Shown here in pieces: positions 58,785 through 64,000 of a stretch of 64,000 bases of DNA. The stretch comes from Desulfomicrobium sp. (GTDB taxonomy: Bacteria; Desulfobacterota; Desulfovibrionia; Desulfovibrionales; Desulfomicrobiaceae). The position numbers and the translations under genes were made by a program. The notes below the pieces were generated by a model. It was not told where the DNA came from. It worked only from the letters and a program-made list of their open reading frames with translations, and ran no database searches. The DNA lies in the NCBI GenBank assembly GCA_040768745.1, contig JAXGMI010000002.1, forward strand, positions 224,001 to 288,000. The letters run 5' to 3'. Numbering within the stretch: position 1 is the stretch's first letter; each line of letters opens with the position of its first letter.

Positions 58785-59000
58785 ATGCATGCGCAGTTTG
58801 GGGGATTGCGGGACTTTGTCTGCCGGCGGTGCGGACTGTACGGCATGGTCGATGTCCTGGGCATGGAATTCGACTATGATCAGAGTTCTGGCATACTTTT
58901 CGACATCCTGGACGATTCTGACGGGCGGCGCAGGGGCGATCAGATCGTCTGTGACTGTGGCTGTGAGCAGTTTGACATGCAGGTGCAGGAGGGGAAATGA
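58785..59000 (+). CDS. Small Cys-rich putative metal-binding protein (71 aa)
   Basis: AGGAG RBS; CRRC...CDCGC; ATGA overlap with panC. Confidence 0.65.
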   Translation: MHAQFGGLRDFVCRRCGLYGMVDVLGMEFDYDQSSGILFDILDDSDGRRRGDQIVCDCGCEQFDMQVQEGK

Positions 59001-59857
59001 GCGTTCGGCAGATTCGGGAGCCCAGGGCCATGCAACGCACGGGCCTGGGCTGGAAGCGTGAGGGCAAGGTTGTCGGCCTCGTGCCGACCATGGGATATCT
59101 GCACGAAGGCCATCTGTCACTTTTGCACTGGGCCCGGGAACGTTGCGACATCCTGGTCCTTTCCATCTTCGTCAACCCGACCCAGTTCGGCCCTGCCGAG
59201 GATCTGGACAACTATCCCTCTGACCTGGCCCGGGACATGGCCCTGGCCCAGGAGTGCGGCGTCGACGTCCTCTTCGCGCCCAGAACGGACGCCATGTACA
59301 ACCCTGACCACGGTACCTGGGTTACGGTGCCCGACTTGACCAGGCATCTCTGTGGCAGCTCCCGGCCCATCCATTTCCGGGGCGTCGCCACGGTGGTCTG
59401 CAAGCTGTTCAACCTAGTCCAGCCCAGCTTCTCCGTGTTTGGCGAAAAAGACTGGCAGCAGCTCGCCGTCATCCGCAAAATGGTCCGGGAGCTGGACATG
59501 CCGGTGCGTGTCGAAGGCCGGCCCATCGTGCGCGAGGCCGACGGATTGGCCATGAGCTCGCGCAACGTCTATATGACCCCAGAAGAACGCTCTGCAGCAC
59601 CGCATATCCAGAAGGGCCTCGGTCTCCTGGAAAATCTGGTGCGCTCCGGAGAACGCGACCCCAAGGTCCTGCGCGAGGCAGTTCTGGCCTATTACGCCGA
59701 GCATCTGCCCATGGGCAGGCTCGACTATCTGGAACTGGTCGATCCGTGGCGCATTGAACCCGTAACCCGGATCGGCGCTGAAGTCCTGGCGGCCGTGGCC
59801 ATGCACATGGGCGCGTCCCGCCTCATCGACAACAGGCTCATCGTGCTCGGGTCATGA
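58997..59857 (+). CDS. panC: Pantoate-beta-alanine ligase
   Basis: VPTMGYLHEGH, FVNPTQF, FGEKDWQQ, GLAMSSRN, RLIDN. Confidence 0.97.
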   Translation: MSVRQIREPRAMQRTGLGWKREGKVVGLVPTMGYLHEGHLSLLHWARERCDILVLSIFVNPTQFGPAEDLDNYPSDLARDMALAQECGVDVLFAPRTDAMYNPDHGTWVTVPDLTRHLCGSSRPIHFRGVATVVCKLFNLVQPSFSVFGEKDWQQLAVIRKMVRELDMPVRVEGRPIVREADGLAMSSRNVYMTPEERSAAPHIQKGLGLLENLVRSGERDPKVLREAVLAYYAEHLPMGRLDYLELVDPWRIEPVTRIGAEVLAAVAMHMGASRLIDNRLIVLGS

Positions 59858-59980
59858 CTGCGGCCCTTGCGCACCTCTCATGGGCCGTGGTTGACCCCGC
59901 ATGAGATTTCAGGGCATGCGACATATGCAGTTGTGTTTGCAGGGCACGGGCAGAATCACGAACATCAGCGGGGAAACGAC

Positions 59981-60820
59981 ATGAAGACCTTGGTGGATTT
60001 TCGGCGGAGCAAGGAGGCGGGGGAGAAAATCGTGATGGTGACCGCGTATGACTACCCCTCCGCACGTCTGGCCGAGGAGGCCGGGGTGGACATGATTCTG
60101 GTGGGCGATTCCCTGGGCATGGTCGTCCTGGGCTACGACTCCACGGTGCCGGTGACCATGGCCGACATGATCCATCACACCAGGGCCGCCCGCCGGGGGG
60201 CAAAGGATACGTTTGTTGTTTCGGACATGCCCTTCATGACCTACCAGATTTCACCGGCCCAGGCCCTGGAGAATGCCGCCCGCCTGGTGCAGGAGGGCGG
60301 CTGCGAGGCGGTCAAGCTTGAGGGCGGGGCGGAGATCGCCGAGCAGGTCCGGTCCCTGGTGCGCGCGGGGATACCGGTCTGCGGACATGTGGGACTGACC
60401 CCGCAATCGGTCACTGCCTTGAGCGGATACAAGGTGCAGGCCCGCACTGCCGAGGCGGCCCGCAAACTCCTGGACGACACCCTGGCCCTGGAAGAAGCCG
60501 GCGCATTCATGATTGTCCTGGAGTGCATTCCTGTGCAGGTCGCCGATCTGGTCACGAGGCGCCTTGCCATCCCCACAATCGGCATCGGAGCCGGAGCCGC
60601 CTGCGACGGACAGGTCCTTGTCTTCCACGACGCCTTGGGTCTTTTTGAGCGGTTCGTTCCAAAATTTGTCAGACAGTTCGAAACGCTGGGGGTAAAAGCC
60701 AAGGCCGGACTGGCTCAATACGCGCAGGAGGTCCGGGACGGCTCTTTTCCTGCCCCGGAGCATTCCTTTTCCATGCGGGACGAGGAGTTGAGGCGTATTT
60801 ACGGACATTCCGCAGAGTGA
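59981..60820 (+). CDS. panB: 3-methyl-2-oxobutanoate hydroxymethyltransferase
   Basis: TAYDY, LVGDSLGM, VKLEGG, GHVGLTPQ, IGIGAG. Confidence 0.97.
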   Translation: MKTLVDFRRSKEAGEKIVMVTAYDYPSARLAEEAGVDMILVGDSLGMVVLGYDSTVPVTMADMIHHTRAARRGAKDTFVVSDMPFMTYQISPAQALENAARLVQEGGCEAVKLEGGAEIAEQVRSLVRAGIPVCGHVGLTPQSVTALSGYKVQARTAEAARKLLDDTLALEEAGAFMIVLECIPVQVADLVTRRLAIPTIGIGAGAACDGQVLVFHDALGLFERFVPKFVRQFETLGVKAKAGLAQYAQEVRDGSFPAPEHSFSMRDEELRRIYGHSAE

Positions 60821-60871
60821 ATGCCGCGGTAGCGTCTGGACAGGTTTTCATATTTCAGCAAGGAGTCAGGC

Positions 60872-61177
60872 ATGCAGAGGCCCAACCGGCGGCAATGGCC
60901 GCGACATGAAAAAAAAGCACAGGTGCAGTTCACGGCCTCGTTGCGGGACGGTTATGTCGTGTCCTGGGTTTCCAATTTCAGCCGCGGAGGAATCTGCCTG
61001 ACACACCCCTCTCCATTGGAAAAAGGCCGCAATGTGCTGATCCGCCTGACCATGGACCTGGCCGGTTTGTCCAGAGATGTCCGCGCCAAGGTCAAATGGT
61101 GCGTCCCGGCCCGGGCAGGCGGCTACGCCATCGGGCTGGAGTACGAGCAGCCCCAGCATTGGACACGATACGAATAG
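60872..61177 (+). CDS. Stand-alone PilZ domain protein
   Basis: AAGGAG RBS; RRQWPR (RxxxR), NFSRGG (NxSxGG), AKVKW, IGLEY. Confidence 0.85.
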   Translation: MQRPNRRQWPRHEKKAQVQFTASLRDGYVVSWVSNFSRGGICLTHPSPLEKGRNVLIRLTMDLAGLSRDVRAKVKWCVPARAGGYAIGLEYEQPQHWTRYE

Positions 61178-61200
61178 GCCCCTGCGGGCCTTTCTTGTTT

Positions 61201-62400
61201 TCAGGATGGCGAACTGGCCGGGATCCGCAACCTGAGAATGGTCATCAGCATGAGGAAAAAAAGGGCTGCGCCAAAAAGGGCAAAGGACAGGGCGAAGCCG
61301 AAGAATTCCCCGCACCACGCCAAGCCGGCCGGGATGAGACCCGCGCCAAAGAGGGAGGTGCACATGATGGTCAGGGATACGGACAGGTCGTTGGTGGCTT
61401 TGGGGCAGACCAGGGACAGGACGGCAAAACCGACAGGAAAAAAGCAGACCACAAAGAGCGGCTGCAGGGTGAGCATGGCAATGGTCCACCATAGGGGGCC
61501 GTATCCGCACAAGACCGTGGACAGACTTGCGCCCAGCAGGCAAAGGGCCATGGTGCCGCGGTATCCCATGCGGCGGATGATCCATCCTGTGGCAGGGAGA
61601 ACAAACACAGGCATGATCCGCGTGGCACCCAGAATGAAGCTGGCCTCTTCCCTGCTGAGCCCCTTTTCCCTGACCAGCAGGGCGGGCAGCAGGTTGTAGA
61701 TGCCCGTTGATACGGATACTGCCAGGACAAAGAGCAGGACCGTGATCCAAAACGCAGGCAGGGAGACGATGACGCGGATGTTGCCCAGTACAGGGGCCAT
61801 CCCTGTCCGGCGGGTGGCCGGGCCGCGGAGGGTGTACAAGAGGGCGAGGCCCAGGCAGGAGATGCCGAGCGTGAGGAAAAGGCTTGGATAGCCCGAGGTG
61901 TTCATGAAGGCCTCGGCGATGAAAGGGGCCACGACGAAGGACAGGTTCGGGGCCATTTCGTGCACGGCAAAGGCCTGTCCCCAGTACGCCGGGGGGGTGA
62001 TCTCGGTGATGGTCACCACGCCGGAGGGCATGTACAGTCCGGCTGCTGCGCCCATGAGAAATGTCCACAGGCAGAAACCCCAGAATGTCGTGCTTGCGGA
62101 CAGCCCGAGCAGAGCAATGCCGATGACGGCTGTGGAAAAGACGATGGTTTTCTTGTGGCCGAGGCGGCAGGACAGGAAGCCCGCGCAGAGCACGGACATG
62201 CTGTATCCTGCAGTGAGGCAGACAAGAAGGTTGGCGCTGTGGGCCAGGGACTGGCCGAGATGCTCACTGATGGGTATCAGCAAGGGGCCGAACAGGGTCC
62301 GAACCAGGAAGTTGGCGAAAAAGACCGTGGTCAGCAGGCTCAGCGCCGGGAGAACCGAGGCGAAATGCGGGGCGTTCTTGTTCTGGGACTGAGTGTTCAT
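61201..62400 (-). CDS. MFS transporter
   Basis: About 12 TM helices; motif A-like GFLSCRLGHK and GWIIRRMGYR. Confidence 0.9.
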   Translation of the reverse strand: MNTQSQNKNAPHFASVLPALSLLTTVFFANFLVRTLFGPLLIPISEHLGQSLAHSANLLVCLTAGYSMSVLCAGFLSCRLGHKKTIVFSTAVIGIALLGLSASTTFWGFCLWTFLMGAAAGLYMPSGVVTITEITPPAYWGQAFAVHEMAPNLSFVVAPFIAEAFMNTSGYPSLFLTLGISCLGLALLYTLRGPATRRTGMAPVLGNIRVIVSLPAFWITVLLFVLAVSVSTGIYNLLPALLVREKGLSREEASFILGATRIMPVFVLPATGWIIRRMGYRGTMALCLLGASLSTVLCGYGPLWWTIAMLTLQPLFVVCFFPVGFAVLSLVCPKATNDLSVSLTIMCTSLFGAGLIPAGLAWCGEFFGFALSFALFGAALFFLMLMTILRLRIPASSPS

Positions 62401-62503
62401 TGCTTAACAACTCAAGGAAAAATTTGTATCTGGCCCGTTCATGTGAAGGGCTTATCCGATACGTGCATGAGACCATGAAATCAACACCAACAAAGGAGGA
62501 CCT

Positions 62504-63139
62504 GTGCCGCGATTGATTTTTGGGCTGCTCATTGCCCTGACCAGCGTCTGGAGCGCACACGCAGCTGATCTGACCGACCAGATCCAGAAGCGATACGATA
62601 CATTGCAGTCTTTCCGGGCCTTTTTTCTGCAGACCCTGACCAACGCCTCCAGCCGAGAGACCCAGGAGCGTCTGGGAACCATTGTTTTTGTCCGTCCGCG
62701 TTTCATCCGGTGGGAGACGACCAGCCCGGAGCAGGAACTGCTGATCATCGGCAAGGACACGGTCTGGGACTATTTTCCCGAGGAGGAAACCGTGTATCGG
62801 TACAGCGTGGAGCAGGCTCTGAGCTCCAAGACCATGATCCGCTTTTTGTCTGGCGAGGCCAACCTGAAGGAAGACTTCACGGTCAAGGATCTGGGGGCTG
62901 ACGGGGATTTCCGGCATCTGAAGCTCATTCCCAAGGAGCCGGAACCCAATCTGGTGGAGGGGGAAATCTGGGTCCGGCCCGGTCAGGGCATTCTGGAAAA
63001 GATCAAGCTGATCGATTTTTTCGGCAACATCAATCAGCTGGAATTGAGCGGCCTGGAGCTGGACGTGGCCGTGGACCACAAGGAATTCACCCTCGTTCCG
63101 CCCAAAGGCGTTGAGATTCTGGAAGGCCCGGCAGAATAG
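62504..63139 (+). CDS. lolA: Outer-membrane lipoprotein carrier protein
   Basis: AGGAGG RBS, signal peptide, RPRFIRWE..PEQELLI..VWDY. Confidence 0.88.
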   Translation: MPRLIFGLLIALTSVWSAHAADLTDQIQKRYDTLQSFRAFFLQTLTNASSRETQERLGTIVFVRPRFIRWETTSPEQELLIIGKDTVWDYFPEEETVYRYSVEQALSSKTMIRFLSGEANLKEDFTVKDLGADGDFRHLKLIPKEPEPNLVEGEIWVRPGQGILEKIKLIDFFGNINQLELSGLELDVAVDHKEFTLVPPKGVEILEGPAE

Positions 63140-63158
63140 AGGGCTTCTTCCTCAGCAG

Positions 63159-63195
63159 CAAAGGCCCCGGTGTGCAGACATCGGGGCCTTTTTTG
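63159..63195 (+). terminator. lolA intrinsic terminator
   Basis: AAAGGCCCCGGTGT-gcag-ACATCGGGGCCTTT followed by Ts. Confidence 0.8.
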
Positions 63196-63421
63196 TCGTG
63201 GCGCGCGGGCAGGAACGTCCATCGCCAGGTCAAATGGAACAGAAGAAGACCTCGTTTCATCTATTTGGCAAAATGGCGAAGATGATCTAGATAGATAAAC
63301 GGGTCTCAAACACAGACCAATACCTGATTTTGCCGAGGCTCGCGGCCATGGCCACGACCGCCCGTGCCACGGAGCACGACAACCTCAACATTGTTTCAAT
63401 TATCAACCACGAGGGAATATT

Positions 63422-63876
63422 ATGAAGAAATCAGCACTGCTTTTCGTCGTCTTCGTGCTTGTCACCAGCGGATGCGCCACCATGCAGCAGCAGTCCAAGA
63501 CGACCCAGGGCGCCACCTATGGGGCCGCTGGGGGCGCGGTTGCCGGCGCCGTTGTGGGGCAGATCATCGGCAAGGACACCAAGGGAACCCTTATTGGCGC
63601 GGCCGCGGGTGCGGCCATCGGCGGTCTGGCCGGGGCCGGAATCGGCCGCATGATGGACAACCAGGAAGCGGAGATGCGCCAAGCCCTGGCCCAGTCCGAC
63701 GAGGTGGCCGTCCGGCGCGAGGGCGATCTTCTGGCCCTGACCCTCAAGGGGACGTGACCTTTGCCGTGAATTCCGACGTGGTCCTGTCCGGCCTCTACAA
63801 CGAGCTGGACCGCATCGCCCAGATCCTGGTCAAATATCCCCAGACCAGCATCGTGGTGGAGGGCCACACGGACAGT
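63422..63876 (+). pseudogene. OmpA-family (YiaD-like) lipoprotein, frameshifted and truncated
   Basis: Lipobox TSGC and glycine zipper; 1-bp deficit at GGGG 63748-63751; the other frame gives DVTFAVNS...VEGHTDS, then the OmpA-like sequence stops. Confidence 0.85.
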
Positions 63877-64000
63877 AATTTCGATCATATTTTCAATGAA
63901 CAAAGGTTGTTAGCTGCTAATGGCTAACCCCGAAAGTCGAGATCCTAATTTTAAACAAATAAGCTCGATATTGCTGTCAAACTTGGGCGGCCCGCATCAC

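Overview
GC-rich chromosomal backbone of a sulfate-reducing Desulfovibrionales bacterium (Desulfomicrobium-like; inferred from gene content and order). It holds mostly housekeeping and metabolic genes: mfd-surA-rodZ-recO-glyQS-rpsT, a liv-type ABC transporter with phenylacetate-CoA ligase, a sigma54 two-component module, cca-deoC-deoB, pyrR, the minus-strand run corC-lnt-prfB-GGDEF-flhG-(selenoprotein)-dapF-dapA, a DUF2868/GTPase pair, dsbD-like, hypAB, uup, panC-panB and lolA. Signals the ORF track misses: (1) a secreted UshA-like selenoprotein (CPT-U motif, in-frame UGA with a SECIS-like hairpin) in the same gene run as the UGA-frameshifted prfB; (2) an OmpA-family lipoprotein gene that is frameshifted and then cut right after its GHTDS motif by AT-rich DNA at the window edge, probably an integration junction; (3) two unexplained, heavily structured leaders, one before mfd and one before a small Cys-rich gene coupled to panC; (4) a consensus sigma54 promoter with a palindromic candidate enhancer driving a repeat-containing exported protein. 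No CRISPR array, rRNA, tRNA or transposase was recognised. Family assignments come from motif recognition only; no database search was run.
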